Below are positions 48,533 through 58,236 of a stretch of 64,000 bases of DNA, in pieces. Under the pieces are notes generated by a model that worked only from the letters and a program-made list of their open reading frames with translations, was not told where the DNA came from and searched no databases. The position numbers and the translations under genes are program-made. Origin of the DNA: Candidatus Omnitrophota bacterium (GTDB taxonomy: Bacteria; Omnitrophota; Gorgyraeia; JAFGHF01). Position 1 is the stretch's first letter. Each line of letters starts with the position of its first letter. The DNA is taken from the NCBI GenBank assembly GCA_043805735.1, contig JAZDHS010000022.1, forward strand, positions 38,950 through 102,949, read 5' to 3'.

Positions 48533-49912
48533 CTACGCACTCCGCTTCGGTTTAGGATAATTCTTCAGGCATTCTAGCGACTTCTTCAGATCCGCTTCCG
48601 GAAGCCGGTAATCAGTTAATTTGCCGTCGAGGAAGTTACTGTACCCGGCCAGGTCCATTAAACCATGGCCGCTGTAACTAAACAGGATTACTTTTTCTTT
48701 ACCTTCTTTTTTCGCCTTTTCCGCTTCTTCGATGACACAGGCAATGGCATGGCTCGTTTCCGGAGCGCAGATCGCGCCTTCCGTCCTGGCCCAGAGCATG
48801 GCCGACTCATAACATTTGACTTGGTCATAGGCCCGAGGCGTAATCAGTTTATCGACGATCGCGGCGCAAACAAGAGGCGCCATGCCATGGTAGCGTAAAC
48901 CGCCGGCATGAATCGGCGGCGGCACAAAGGCATGGCCCAGCGTGTACATCGCCAGTAGTGGCGTGGTGCAGGCCGTATCACCGAAATCATAGGCAAATTC
49001 GCCGCGGGTCATTGATGGACAGGCCGTGGGTTCAGTAGGAATAATCTCGATTTTGGCGCCATTGATTTTTTCATATATAAAAGGAAAGGCCAGACCGGCA
49101 AAATTACTGCCGCCGCCGGCACAGCCGATGACGATATCGGGCAGTTTCTCGTTGATCAGCGCCAGCTGTTTTTTGGCCTCCAGGCCAATAATGGTCTGGT
49201 GGAGCAAGACATGGTTAAGCACGCTGCCTAAAGAGTAGCGCGTTTTACCGGTCTTGTCGCCCACCGCCTCTTCAATCGCCTCACTGATGGCAATACCTAA
49301 ACTACCTGGCGTATCCGGCATTTTTTTGAGCACTTCCCGGCCAAAACGCGTCTCTTCACTCGGGCTGGCTACGCAATTGGCGCCCCAGACGCGCATCATG
49401 ATTTTACGCGCCGGCTTTTGGTCAAAGCTAATGCGAACCATAAAGACCTTACACTCCAGGCCAACCAGCTTACAGGCAAAGGCTAAAGCGCTGCCCCATT
49501 GTCCGGCGCCGGTTTCGGTAGTCAACTTTTTAATCCCGAATTGTTTATTATACCAGGCCTGGGCAACGGCGGTGTTGGGCTTATGACTGCCTGGTGGGCT
49601 TAAGCTTTCGTCCTTGTAATAAATCCGCGTCGGGGTTTTGAGGTATTGCTCCAAATAGACCGCCCGCCGTAACGGCGCCGGCCGCCAACGATAGAGCATC
49701 TCCAATATCTCCTGCGGAATGTCGATCCAACGCTTCTGGCTTACTTCCTGTTCAATCAGGTTCATTGGGAACACCGACGCAAGCATCTCTGGGCCAATTG
49801 GTTTGCCGTCGGGGCCCAGCGGTGGCTGTAATGGCGTCGGTAAGTCCGGGGCCAGGTTATACCATTGCCGGGGTATTTCGGAGTCCGGTAAGAATACTTT
49901 GATTTCTTTCAT
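48533..49912 (-). CDS. trpB2: TrpB-like PLP enzyme (tryptophan synthase beta type 2)
   Basis: GSHKPNTA, TETGAGQWG, PGSLGIAISEA and HAGGLRYHG motifs; no trpA adjacent. Confidence 0.93.
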   Translation of the reverse strand: MKEIKVFLPDSEIPRQWYNLAPDLPTPLQPPLGPDGKPIGPEMLASVFPMNLIEQEVSQKRWIDIPQEILEMLYRWRPAPLRRAVYLEQYLKTPTRIYYKDESLSPPGSHKPNTAVAQAWYNKQFGIKKLTTETGAGQWGSALAFACKLVGLECKVFMVRISFDQKPARKIMMRVWGANCVASPSEETRFGREVLKKMPDTPGSLGIAISEAIEEAVGDKTGKTRYSLGSVLNHVLLHQTIIGLEAKKQLALINEKLPDIVIGCAGGGSNFAGLAFPFIYEKINGAKIEIIPTEPTACPSMTRGEFAYDFGDTACTTPLLAMYTLGHAFVPPPIHAGGLRYHGMAPLVCAAIVDKLITPRAYDQVKCYESAMLWARTEGAICAPETSHAIACVIEEAEKAKKEGKEKVILFSYSGHGLMDLAGYSNFLDGKLTDYRLPEADLKKSLECLKNYPKPKRSA

Positions 49913-49943
49913 CTGCTCTTTCTCCTTTGTGTTTAGTGGGAAA

Positions 49944-49972
49944 ATTATACCATAACAAGGGCACTATTTCAA
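49944..49972 (-). promoter_or_regulatory. Sigma70 promoter of trpB2
   Basis: TTGAAA-17 nt-TATAAT. Confidence 0.7.
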
Positions 49973-51303
49973 GGTTTTAGGAGGGTGTGCATCCGTATTA
50001 GTTCTCTTATCGATACCAGCGGGCCTTGGGGATGGCTTTTTAACTTATGCCACACTAGGACCATATCTTTAAAACGAGCGATCATCAGCCCGGAAATATT
50101 GATTGCCGCGATTAATCCCTGCCGGCTGGCGCAGAATGAATGCCGGGCGCGGATTAATTTCATTAACCCCGGGGGGGTAATTTTCGCCTTCGCCGCAATA
50201 CCCTGGGTGTATTGTTTGAATAGCGGTGATCTTTTTAATCCCTCAACTAATAATTTGACCTGGGAGGCATCCTGACGCGGAACAACTAAAGTAGCCTCTT
50301 CGGTATTAACAACCACCAGTTCCCGTAAACCGATCAGCACCAGCCTCACCTGGGCGCGGTTACAGAGCACACACTGTTTTGTATTATAGAGCGCAAGCCC
50401 TGAACCCTTCAGGATGACATTAGCGTCTTTATCGGCCGGGATGGCCAGGGCGTTCCAATTGCCCAGGTCATTCCAGCCAAAATCACTTTTTATTACCGCT
50501 ACGCCAATTGGGTGATCAATTTTTACTTTTTGCATTAGGCCAAAATCAAGAGAAATCTTATCAAGGCCTGAAAAAACTTTTTTGATTATTTTTTCCCTTT
50601 TTCGCAGATGCCAGGAACTCTCTATTTCCGCAAGGCCCTTGGCCAAATGCGGCATATACATCGCGATCGCCTGGCGCAACGTGTTTATTTCCCAAACAAA
50701 CATTCCGCTATTCCAAAGATACTTTCCTTGTTTGAGAAATTGGCGTGCCGTCTTGAGATTAGGCTTTTCCTTAAATTCTAAGGCCCACCTCGCCCCGCGC
50801 ACTGAGAGCCGTTTGCCGGTCCTGATATATCCGTATTCTACTGATGGACCACGGGGCGTTATTCCTAAGGTGACCAGATACGGGCCGGTTCGCGCCAAGC
50901 GAATTGCCGCGCTGAGTTTTTGGCGAAATAGCCGTTCCCGGCTGATTTCGTGATCCGCCGGCAATACCACCATCACTGCCTGGGGATAGCGCCGTTGCAA
51001 GACCGAGGCGGCATAGCCGATTGCCGCCGCCGTATCTTTTGTCATCGGTTCAAAAATATAATTACCTTCCGGAATATCGGGCAGTTGGAGCTTAATTTTC
51101 GCGGCTACCGCGCGCGTGGTAATAAAAAAAATTCTTTCCCTGGGGATGAGCGGACGAATTCGCTCCACCGTTTTCTGCACCATGGTCAAGCCATCTGGGG
51201 AAAAAGAACATACCGGCTTCGGCAGCGCCTCGGTACTGATCGGCCATAAGCGGGTCCCCCCGCCTCCCGCCAAAATTACCGCAATCACTTTTTGTGTAGG
51301 CAT
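49969..51303 (-). CDS. manC: Mannose-1-phosphate guanylyltransferase-like protein with extended C-terminus
   Basis: ILAGGGGTRLWP, PADH, YGYI, FKEKP, WNSGMF and WNDLGNW motifs; no cupin PMI domain seen. Confidence 0.85.
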   Translation of the reverse strand: MPTQKVIAVILAGGGGTRLWPISTEALPKPVCSFSPDGLTMVQKTVERIRPLIPRERIFFITTRAVAAKIKLQLPDIPEGNYIFEPMTKDTAAAIGYAASVLQRRYPQAVMVVLPADHEISRERLFRQKLSAAIRLARTGPYLVTLGITPRGPSVEYGYIRTGKRLSVRGARWALEFKEKPNLKTARQFLKQGKYLWNSGMFVWEINTLRQAIAMYMPHLAKGLAEIESSWHLRKREKIIKKVFSGLDKISLDFGLMQKVKIDHPIGVAVIKSDFGWNDLGNWNALAIPADKDANVILKGSGLALYNTKQCVLCNRAQVRLVLIGLRELVVVNTEEATLVVPRQDASQVKLLVEGLKRSPLFKQYTQGIAAKAKITPPGLMKLIRARHSFCASRQGLIAAINISGLMIARFKDMVLVWHKLKSHPQGPLVSIRELIRMHTLLKP

Positions 51304-51327
51304 TTGAAACTTTACCTTTTATCTAAC

Positions 51328-51363
51328 GAAAAATCCCAAACGACACTCCGCCTGGGATTTTTC
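51328..51363 (-). terminator. Hairpin/terminator after the cold-shock gene
   Basis: GAAAAATCCCA/TGGGATTTTTC inverted repeat. Confidence 0.6.
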
Positions 51364-51410
51364 ACGCATTTGAAAAACCACTTATATAAGTTCTGCGCAC
51401 TTAGGAGACG

Positions 51411-51611
51411 CTACACCCGTGTTACGTTTTTAGCCTGCTCGCCTTTAGGGCCTGCTTCCACCTCAAATTCGACTTCTTGGCCTTCTTCTAACGATTTGTA
51501 GCCATCACCTTGGACCGCGCTGAAGTGTACGAAAATATCGCTGCCGCTGTCAGTGGTAATAAAGCCGTAACCTTTTTGGTTGGAAAACCATTTTACCTTG
51601 CCTCTTGCCAT
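51411..51611 (-). CDS. Cold-shock protein (CspA family)
   Basis: GKVKWF, KGYGFI and IFVHFS motifs. Confidence 0.96.
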   Translation of the reverse strand: MARGKVKWFSNQKGYGFITTDSGSDIFVHFSAVQGDGYKSLEEGQEVEFEVEAGPKGEQAKNVTRV

Positions 51612-51720
51612 TACTCACTACCCCCCCTTCTGATACAGACAACAAAAAACCGTAAGGCCTTTAAAGTTGCTTTCTGTCCTTACGGTCAACCATTCCTACT
51701 CCCTGCATTTCTTCACTTTT

Positions 51721-51749
51721 TTTATACCACATTTATTTTTTTGTGTCAA
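51721..51749 (-). promoter_or_regulatory. Sigma70 promoter of the csp gene with a ~100-nt leader
   Basis: TTGACA-17 nt-TATAAA; the leader has an ACCGTAAGG/CCTTACGGT stem. Confidence 0.7.
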
Positions 51750-51764
51750 GTGAATTTCCAAAAA

Positions 51765-52094
51765 TCAAGGCTTAAGCAAGGCGATTTTAAGCGTGATGTG
51801 CACTTTATCCTGCCAGGGCCAAAACATCGCCAGCATTAGCGCGTCTTGAGTCTCTTTTTGAAACAGGGTTTGGTTGGGAAAGATCCCGCCAAACTCCTCC
51901 GTTACGGCCTCATCACGCGGCGAAGGTTCTTTACCTGCCGGTTTTACGGCTGGGCCCAAAAATTCACTCAGCGTTTTCTGCCACTGGCTCTCATCCTTGT
52001 TAAAAAAGACCAACTCACAGTAGTCTTCGCTTAAAGTCCGCTGCTCCTTAACTTCGAGGGTGCTACATTTATCAATAATTTCTTTAATGCTCAT
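51765..52094 (-). CDS. Hypothetical protein (~109 aa)
   Basis: Start re-called at MSIKEII (GAAAGG upstream; avoids overlap with GH57); no family recognised. Confidence 0.7.
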   Translation of the reverse strand: MSIKEIIDKCSTLEVKEQRTLSEDYCELVFFNKDESQWQKTLSEFLGPAVKPAGKEPSPRDEAVTEEFGGIFPNQTLFQKETQDALMLAMFWPWQDKVHITLKIALLKP

Positions 52095-52113
52095 TTTGAG
52101 CCTTTCTTTAAGC

Positions 52114-53412
52114 CTAAAGGACAAAAAGCTGGTCGCGGATTTTATTGGCGATATCCCTGGCCACAACGACCTTATCGTAAAGCTGTGTCTTGGAATCATC
52201 TTTTTTCTGGTCCGAGACCTTAATTGCTTTATAGGCGTTAACGATTACCTCTTCCTGCAGCATCAAGCCTTTATTAATCATGTTTAAGTTCCACATCCCC
52301 CGGTCCTTATTCGCCCACCAGAATTGACAGCTGTGAATCGCCTCGTCAACCAGCGAACGGGCAATCGTAAAAAACCGCTTGCTTTCCTCGTTGCCTTTAA
52401 GCCGTTCCGCCTCATCGACCAATGCAAAGCAGATATTGATATGCCGCCAGAGCAGCTCATGGATATAATTGCCCGGCCCCTTCCAGAGCGGATAATAGTT
52501 CCCTTGCTCAATATCTCCTTCGGTCGTGCTCCAGGAAGAAGGCTTAGGCGCCCTGGCGTCTTTAACCGGGAAAATCTTTAACAGCTCGCTAATCGTGACC
52601 ACGCGAATTTTATCAATCTCTTTGGACTCTAAGATATCTTTATGCGCCGAGGCTAAGTCCGTTCTCTGCTTGATATTTTCGTAATGTTTGGCGCCTTCGT
52701 CTATTTTTTCGTAAACATCAGCCAAAAATATTTCTTCCCAATTTTGAACATGGTGGCCGAAGGTTTCCGCATCCATAGCGGTAATTACATAGGCGTCTTT
52801 TTTGTCTTTGCTTAAATTAACGAGCTCGGCGACAAACCCGGCGCTGTCAATGTTATGAAAACTGATTTTATTGCTTAAGATGTCGTCGCGATAAAGCACG
52901 ACCATACCGTTAACGCCCAGCGGTATCTTATTGAGCGTGTCCAGGGGCCATTTCGTCCCGCAGGCCACGCCGCTGATCAGCACCCAGCGGTAGGCCATCG
53001 CACTCAGGACGCTGACCAGCTCATCGGAATAACACATTTCCGGAGGAAAAAAACCTTCCGTCTTATAGGCCTGTTTGAAAAAAAAGGCATTGGTCTTATG
53101 GTTAAGCTCAATTTGCCGGCGGATTTCTTTCTTCGGGATCAGCGACAGGATCGGGTGGTATTTTCCGGAATCAACAAATTCAATCTGGCCATTTTCGGCC
53201 AACTCTTTGATATCAGAAACGATATCAATAGCGCCATGGGCGCTGAGCATCTCGGTAAGCACCCCGCAGATATTAATTGTCGCTTTGGCACTGGGATGCT
53301 CTTTAAGCATCTTTAACAGCGGCCGGTAGGATTCCTTGCAGACCTTTTCCAGGATAGCGTGGAATTGCGTCGGCGGCTGATAGAAATGCAAAAACGGCGC
53401 CCAATAAATCAT
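52114..53412 (-). CDS. Glycoside hydrolase family 57 protein
   Basis: LHFYQP, SYRP, YHPILSL, FFPPEM, DAETFGHH and SSW motifs. Confidence 0.88.
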   Translation of the reverse strand: MIYWAPFLHFYQPPTQFHAILEKVCKESYRPLLKMLKEHPSAKATINICGVLTEMLSAHGAIDIVSDIKELAENGQIEFVDSGKYHPILSLIPKKEIRRQIELNHKTNAFFFKQAYKTEGFFPPEMCYSDELVSVLSAMAYRWVLISGVACGTKWPLDTLNKIPLGVNGMVVLYRDDILSNKISFHNIDSAGFVAELVNLSKDKKDAYVITAMDAETFGHHVQNWEEIFLADVYEKIDEGAKHYENIKQRTDLASAHKDILESKEIDKIRVVTISELLKIFPVKDARAPKPSSWSTTEGDIEQGNYYPLWKGPGNYIHELLWRHINICFALVDEAERLKGNEESKRFFTIARSLVDEAIHSCQFWWANKDRGMWNLNMINKGLMLQEEVIVNAYKAIKVSDQKKDDSKTQLYDKVVVARDIANKIRDQLFVL

Positions 53413-53423
53413 CGGTCTCCTCC

Positions 53424-53472
53424 TAACCCTAAAGGGTAGGCCTTCGTAATTCCATATTAACGAAGGGCCTAA
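53424..53472 (+). mobile_element. Family B palindromic element (46-bp unit), reverse orientation, in the GH57 leader
   Basis: TAACCCTAAAGGGTAG GCCTTCGT AATTCCATATTA ACGAAGGGC CTAA on the + strand. Confidence 0.8.
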
Positions 53473-53498
53473 ATAAGTATTATTACCTTTAACTTAGC

Positions 53499-53527
53499 AT
53501 TATCGCAAATTAATCGGATACTGTCAA
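53499..53527 (-). promoter_or_regulatory. Sigma70 promoter of the GH57 gene
   Basis: TTGACA-17 nt-GATAAT. Confidence 0.65.
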
Positions 53528-53937
53528 TACTCGTCTGCACCGGGGCGAAAGGAACGCGCGTTTTTCTTTTCCGAACGCTCGCGCTTTGATTGCAGCATTT
53601 TTTCTTTGGCCCGTTTTGAGCGCTTGCGTTTTTGCCGGCGGATTTTTGCGATCCGCTTTTGCTCCTCGGAAAGCCGGCCCTTAACAAGGGTTTCAATTTT
53701 GTCGGCTAAAATCCTTCTGGCTAAAAAACGGTTGAGCGCCTGCGAGCGTTCAATTTGGCATTTCACCTCAATACCCGAAGGCCGGTGGCATAAATAGACG
53801 CAGCTAGAGGACTTATTGACCTTCTGCCCGCCCTTTCCGCCAGAGCGAATAAACATCTCCGTCAGGTCGGCCTCGCGAATTCCCAGTTCGCGCATTTTCT
53901 CGCCCAAGGCATCTTGTTTGGCTTTACTGATAAACAT
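53524..53937 (-). CDS. Stand-alone RF-1 domain peptidyl-tRNA hydrolase (ArfB-like ribosome rescue factor)
   Basis: RSGGKGGQKVNK (GGQ motif), RSQALN and a highly basic C-terminal tail; start approximate. Confidence 0.85.
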   Translation of the reverse strand: MFISKAKQDALGEKMRELGIREADLTEMFIRSGGKGGQKVNKSSSCVYLCHRPSGIEVKCQIERSQALNRFLARRILADKIETLVKGRLSEEQKRIAKIRRQKRKRSKRAKEKMLQSKRERSEKKNARSFRPGADEY

Positions 53938-53965
53938 CTCTATAGAGACACTCCGTTTCGAACCA

Positions 53966-54772
53966 TTACTCTTTGTGTAATAGGCTACGGGCGATTCTTT
54001 CCTCAACTTTAGGATGAAGCAGAACAATCAGTAATCCCCCGATAATATTTCCGATTGTGACCGGGATCAGATTATTGAAGATATTCAAGAACTGGGAAAA
54101 TCCCTCGCCACTTGCCAAAAGTCCCGCCGGCAAAAAATACATGTTGGCCACAGAGTGCTCATATCCTGAGACGACAAAGGTCAAAATGGGAAAATAAATT
54201 CCGAAAATCTTACCGATTACGGTACGCGAGGCGAGCGACATAATCACCGCAAGACACACCAGCATATTACAAAGTATCCCCAGTGCTATGGCCGACCCAA
54301 AACCGAGTTGTAACTTGGTCTGGGCAATTTTAACTGCAGTAATACCCACGGCGGTAACGTTGCCCCCTTGCCCCAAAAGTCCCGCTTTAAAAACCAACCA
54401 GACAATCAGTAACGCACCACACAAATTGCCAAAATATACGATCAACCAGTTACGTAACATTTTGGTAAAAGTGTAGCGATGGTAAATAAAACCGATCGCC
54501 ATCAGAATGTTACCGGTAAAAAGTTCTGAGCCAGGGATTAATACGAGCATCAGTCCTACACTAAAAACGCTGCCAGCAAGAAATTTAGCAATACAAGGGT
54601 TAAGCGTGCTGTCACTTAAGACGGCAATAGCACAATGAGCACCAAAAGAAATGTATATCCCGGCTAGTACTCCAAAAATAAAAAGCTCAAGAAGACCGGC
54701 ATTGGCCTTTTTTTCCCCAATGCTTCTTATGGCCCTGGAAATTTCCAGAGGACTTAATATCGTGTTTTCCAT
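53966..54772 (-). CDS. Formate/nitrite transporter family channel
   Basis: GSELFTGN, NWLIVYFGNL, CNMLVC, EHSVANM and VTIGNIIGG motifs; start at MENTIL after AGGAGG. Confidence 0.93.
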   Translation of the reverse strand: MENTILSPLEISRAIRSIGEKKANAGLLELFIFGVLAGIYISFGAHCAIAVLSDSTLNPCIAKFLAGSVFSVGLMLVLIPGSELFTGNILMAIGFIYHRYTFTKMLRNWLIVYFGNLCGALLIVWLVFKAGLLGQGGNVTAVGITAVKIAQTKLQLGFGSAIALGILCNMLVCLAVIMSLASRTVIGKIFGIYFPILTFVVSGYEHSVANMYFLPAGLLASGEGFSQFLNIFNNLIPVTIGNIIGGLLIVLLHPKVEERIARSLLHKE

Positions 54773-54805
54773 CAAGGTTCCTCCTTTTGAATGGTGTAGC
54801 AAATG

Positions 54806-55579
54806 TCAGAGTAATTCAATGTCTGTTTTTTTAATCCACCCTTGTTTTGCGTCGGCGCGCTTAATCTTGAACCATTCTTTTTTAGCCGGTCCGACAATCA
54901 CGCTTTCGCCTTCGCTAAGCATAAAAAAGGTAGTGGCATCGGCAAACGGTTCAAATTTGCACTCCGCGTTAGCGACTACAATCACCGCTTTTTTGTACAC
55001 GACCGTATTATAGAATTGAATGCCCCAGAGGCTCGTGGCTATCAATAAGGCCGCTAATGACGCTGCCGTAAAATAGCCTAGGATTCTGCGCGCCCTTTTA
55101 AAGAAGATAAAAAGAACCGTAAAAAGAGCAGCCGCTACATATAAAAATACAGTTAAAACCGTGATTTTATCCAAATTAAACTCACCGGCCAAAGTAAGCA
55201 GCTGATCCGCCAGCCAATGCCTCTGGGCGGTGACCCGCCCTCCTTTAATCAGCGATTGCGCATAGGCAAGATTTGCTTTTAAGTCGGCGTCGTCCGGCAT
55301 CAGCCTCTGGGCGCGTAAATAATTAACGATGGCCTCCCCGAGGATCCCCTGTTTAAAATAGGCATTAGCTAAATTGTAATAGAGCGGACCACTTTCGTAA
55401 TCTAATTTCAGCGCTTCTTCATAAGCGGCAATCGCCTGGTCGAATTTCTCTTCGGCGTAACTGGCGTTCGCCTGGTAAAATAGCGCCTGGGCCGAGGCAA
55501 TTTCGTCGGCCCGGGCAGCCGATACGCCGATAGATAACATACTTACAATCAATAATATTTTAGCGCAGGGCTTAAGCAT
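54806..55579 (-). CDS. batE: BatE-like TPR/SH3 membrane protein
   Basis: Signal peptide, TPRs (YYNLANAY), two TM segments and C-terminal W.KI..GWI; operon position. Confidence 0.8.
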   Translation of the reverse strand: MLKPCAKILLIVSMLSIGVSAARADEIASAQALFYQANASYAEEKFDQAIAAYEEALKLDYESGPLYYNLANAYFKQGILGEAIVNYLRAQRLMPDDADLKANLAYAQSLIKGGRVTAQRHWLADQLLTLAGEFNLDKITVLTVFLYVAAALFTVLFIFFKRARRILGYFTAASLAALLIATSLWGIQFYNTVVYKKAVIVVANAECKFEPFADATTFFMLSEGESVIVGPAKKEWFKIKRADAKQGWIKKTDIELL

Positions 55580-55582
55580 CGT

Positions 55583-57403
55583 TTATCCCTTCACCTTTTC
55601 CAGGGCGTCAATAATTTCCTCCAAAAGCGCTAAGGTGCCGCGCATTTCCTCCTTAGTAATACTCGCCGGGGCATAGCGGGCCATATCGCAGCGGTTAAAA
55701 CAATCCTTAAGCTTGGCTAAGAGTTCCGCGGCAATAGCCCGGGCTTGTAGTTGGGTAATTACGTCAGCGGTAATACCGCCTCTGGGCAAATGGAACTTAT
55801 CGCCCAGATATTCCTGCAGTGTTTTAAACACGGCGTCAAAAAAACGCTGTGGCTGGTTGGCACCAAGCAAATGCCGTAGCTGGCGGATATTTTTTCGCGC
55901 CTTTCCGGGAGCACGCAGCCGTCGCGCATAACGCACATCGGTCTCTAAACGCTCTCTTCTCTTTTGTAACACGGCCACTAAAATAACGGCCAATAACGGT
56001 ACTACTAACAGCATTAGAAAAATCCGGTTCTTATATAAGGCCTGGCCCCTTCGTTGAATTACCCCCGGGGAATCCTTAATGAAAATTATATCTTTGCCCA
56101 GCACTTCTTTATGCTGCAGCGATTCTTTGCCTTCTTCGCTGCGTTCAAAAATAGCCAGCTGGTCTGACTTCGCCAGGGGCGTGACCGTAATCGGTATTGG
56201 GCCGCGGGTCAGCTCTTCAAAGGCCTGCGTTTCGGGGTTAAAGGAACTGAATTTTACTGCCGGCACGAATTTAACACTCTCGTTGGTGGGGATAATTACC
56301 TGCTCAAATACTTTCGCGCTGTTTTCCTGGACTACCTGCGGATCGTATATTTTGAAATCGTTGCCGAAGTCCAGCGCCGGCGGTTTAACGGTTTTAAAAT
56401 TACCGCTGCCGAAGATGCTGATTTTTAACGTAATCGGATCGCCCACTTTTACTTCTCTGGGGTTAGCCTGGAGGTCAAATTTATAATTTCCGATCGCGCC
56501 ATTAAAAGACGAAGGCGCATTTTCTTCCGGTAGGGGCAATATCGCCATCGGCACATCCAGGGCCTTTAATTCCAAAGGATATAAATCATACTGATTAAAA
56601 AAGTTTCCTCCGAAAAAGTCGTCGTCAAACCAGGAAGGAGCTGCCGAGTGTTGGCGCACCAAGGCGTTACATTTTATCACCGCCGGCCCCAAACGTAAAT
56701 CGCCGCCCCAGAGCCCAAACGCCTCGGTTGTAAATTCGACCACGGTATAAGCAATGCCGTTCATTGCTTCTTGATATTGCCGCGGCACAGAATATTCGCC
56801 TACGGAAAAACCCTCATGGGCAAATTCCGGATACTGGATATCGCGGATGGCCATTCGGCTGACATATAGCTTCACTTTAATCGGAATAGCCTCATTAACA
56901 TAGGCCTGGCGCTTGCCTACTTCCATAACCACCAAGGCCCTGTTCTCCAATCCCTCGGGTTGGACCGGCGGAGCCTTTTCTTGCTGTCTGGGAGGCTGGT
57001 TATACTGGCCAGGCGACCCGGAAACCACCTCGATGGTAATTGGCGGAGATGTGTAAGTCTGGCCACGGTATTGTACGCTCAGCGCCGGAATCTCATAAGT
57101 GCCGGCTTGGTGGGTCAGCAAACGGTAGCGGTGGGTAATGGACACCGTGGTCACGCCGTTAATAATCGACATCATCCGCGCCGGGCCAAGGTATTGCCAA
57201 TCCATGCCCTCTACTCCCGGAAAATAAGGAGTAGCTATATCCTGAGTACCGTAAAAAGCGAAGTCGAGCTGGATATCCTCTCCCACAGAAACACGGGTGC
57301 GGTCTACTTTGACCTCAAAGGTAACCTCCTCGGCAAAACTAGACCCGCAGAGGCTCAAGAATACACAGAAAATAATCGCCCGCCTAAACTGTTTCATCAC
57401 CAA
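55583..57403 (-). CDS. batD: BatD-like protein
   Basis: Signal peptide, Ig-like repeats, GAIG.Y and GSGN motifs, TM segment, then RYAP; operon position. Confidence 0.82.
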   Translation of the reverse strand: MVMKQFRRAIIFCVFLSLCGSSFAEEVTFEVKVDRTRVSVGEDIQLDFAFYGTQDIATPYFPGVEGMDWQYLGPARMMSIINGVTTVSITHRYRLLTHQAGTYEIPALSVQYRGQTYTSPPITIEVVSGSPGQYNQPPRQQEKAPPVQPEGLENRALVVMEVGKRQAYVNEAIPIKVKLYVSRMAIRDIQYPEFAHEGFSVGEYSVPRQYQEAMNGIAYTVVEFTTEAFGLWGGDLRLGPAVIKCNALVRQHSAAPSWFDDDFFGGNFFNQYDLYPLELKALDVPMAILPLPEENAPSSFNGAIGNYKFDLQANPREVKVGDPITLKISIFGSGNFKTVKPPALDFGNDFKIYDPQVVQENSAKVFEQVIIPTNESVKFVPAVKFSSFNPETQAFEELTRGPIPITVTPLAKSDQLAIFERSEEGKESLQHKEVLGKDIIFIKDSPGVIQRRGQALYKNRIFLMLLVVPLLAVILVAVLQKRRERLETDVRYARRLRAPGKARKNIRQLRHLLGANQPQRFFDAVFKTLQEYLGDKFHLPRGGITADVITQLQARAIAAELLAKLKDCFNRCDMARYAPASITKEEMRGTLALLEEIIDALEKVKG

Positions 57404-58236
57404 TCCTTTAATGTCTCCGGCAAAGCGTGCACCGGTATTTTTTCCTTATAAAGCCCTTTGGGCTCTTCTTCACGGCTATAGTCTTCCAAAAGCCCCAACG
57501 CCTCTTTCTCGCTTAATTCATTGTTTGCCGACTGGCTTTGCTCAGCAGAACTTTTTTGTTCTTGCTGCTGGTTTTGCTCTTGCTCTTGCCGTTGCTGCTC
57601 TTGCCGTTGCTGCTCTTGCTGTTGCTGCTCTTCCTGGGCCTGCTGTTGTTCGCTCTGCTGCTGTTGTTCATTTTGCTGCCCACTCAGCCCGTTTTGCTGC
57701 TGTTGTTGCTGTTGCTGCTGCTGTTGTTGCTGTTTTTGCTGCTGCTTTTGCTCTTCTTTTTTAAGTAGCCGCTCGAGCTCTTTTTTTACGAATTCGTAAT
57801 TATACTTAGCGTCTTCGTCTTGGCCATTGAGCTCAATTGCCCGTTCATAATGCCGTAACGATTGTTTCAACAACCCAATCGCCCGCTCGAGATCCGTTTG
57901 CTCAAACCCAATACCGTATTTGTATTTGGCATTGCCAATATTATAGCTGGCGTTTTGCTCTAAAACCGGGATATCAGAAAGGAGGGATTTTTCGTATTGG
58001 CCAATCGCCGGTTCGTAATCTTGCATTTTATAGCTGGTGTTACCCAGGTTAAAATTTACAATATCAGAATCGGGCTGGCGCTTTTGCGCCTGCTCATACT
58101 CTTTTTGCGCTTCCTGAAAATGCCCTTCTTCGTACAAGACATTACCCTTTTTCACCTGACTTTTTAGCGAAGGCGCCGCCCAGGCGCTAGGCGCACAAAG
58201 GACAATGAACACTGCGACGATTAGAAAATATCTCAT
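57397..58236 (-). CDS. batC: BatC-like TPR protein with polyglutamine linker
   Basis: TPRs, DAKYNYE, Q/E-rich tract and terminal KDW. Confidence 0.8.
   Translation of the reverse strand: MRYFLIVAVFIVLCAPSAWAAPSLKSQVKKGNVLYEEGHFQEAQKEYEQAQKRQPDSDIVNFNLGNTSYKMQDYEPAIGQYEKSLLSDIPVLEQNASYNIGNAKYKYGIGFEQTDLERAIGLLKQSLRHYERAIELNGQDEDAKYNYEFVKKELERLLKKEEQKQQQKQQQQQQQQQQQQQNGLSGQQNEQQQQSEQQQAQEEQQQQEQQRQEQQRQEQEQNQQQEQKSSAEQSQSANNELSEKEALGLLEDYSREEEPKGLYKEKIPVHALPETLKDW
57550..57755. repeat. CAG/CAA low-complexity tract including three 15-bp units (57581-57625)
   Basis: Read directly; encodes poly-Q and QQ(Q/R)QE-type repeats. Confidence 0.9.

Noticed and set aside
57521-57799. Poly-Cys, poly-Leu and poly-Ala ORFs on the + strand
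   Set aside because: Antisense frames of the CAG/CAA tract; Q-rich linkers are common in BatB/BatC-type TPR proteins.
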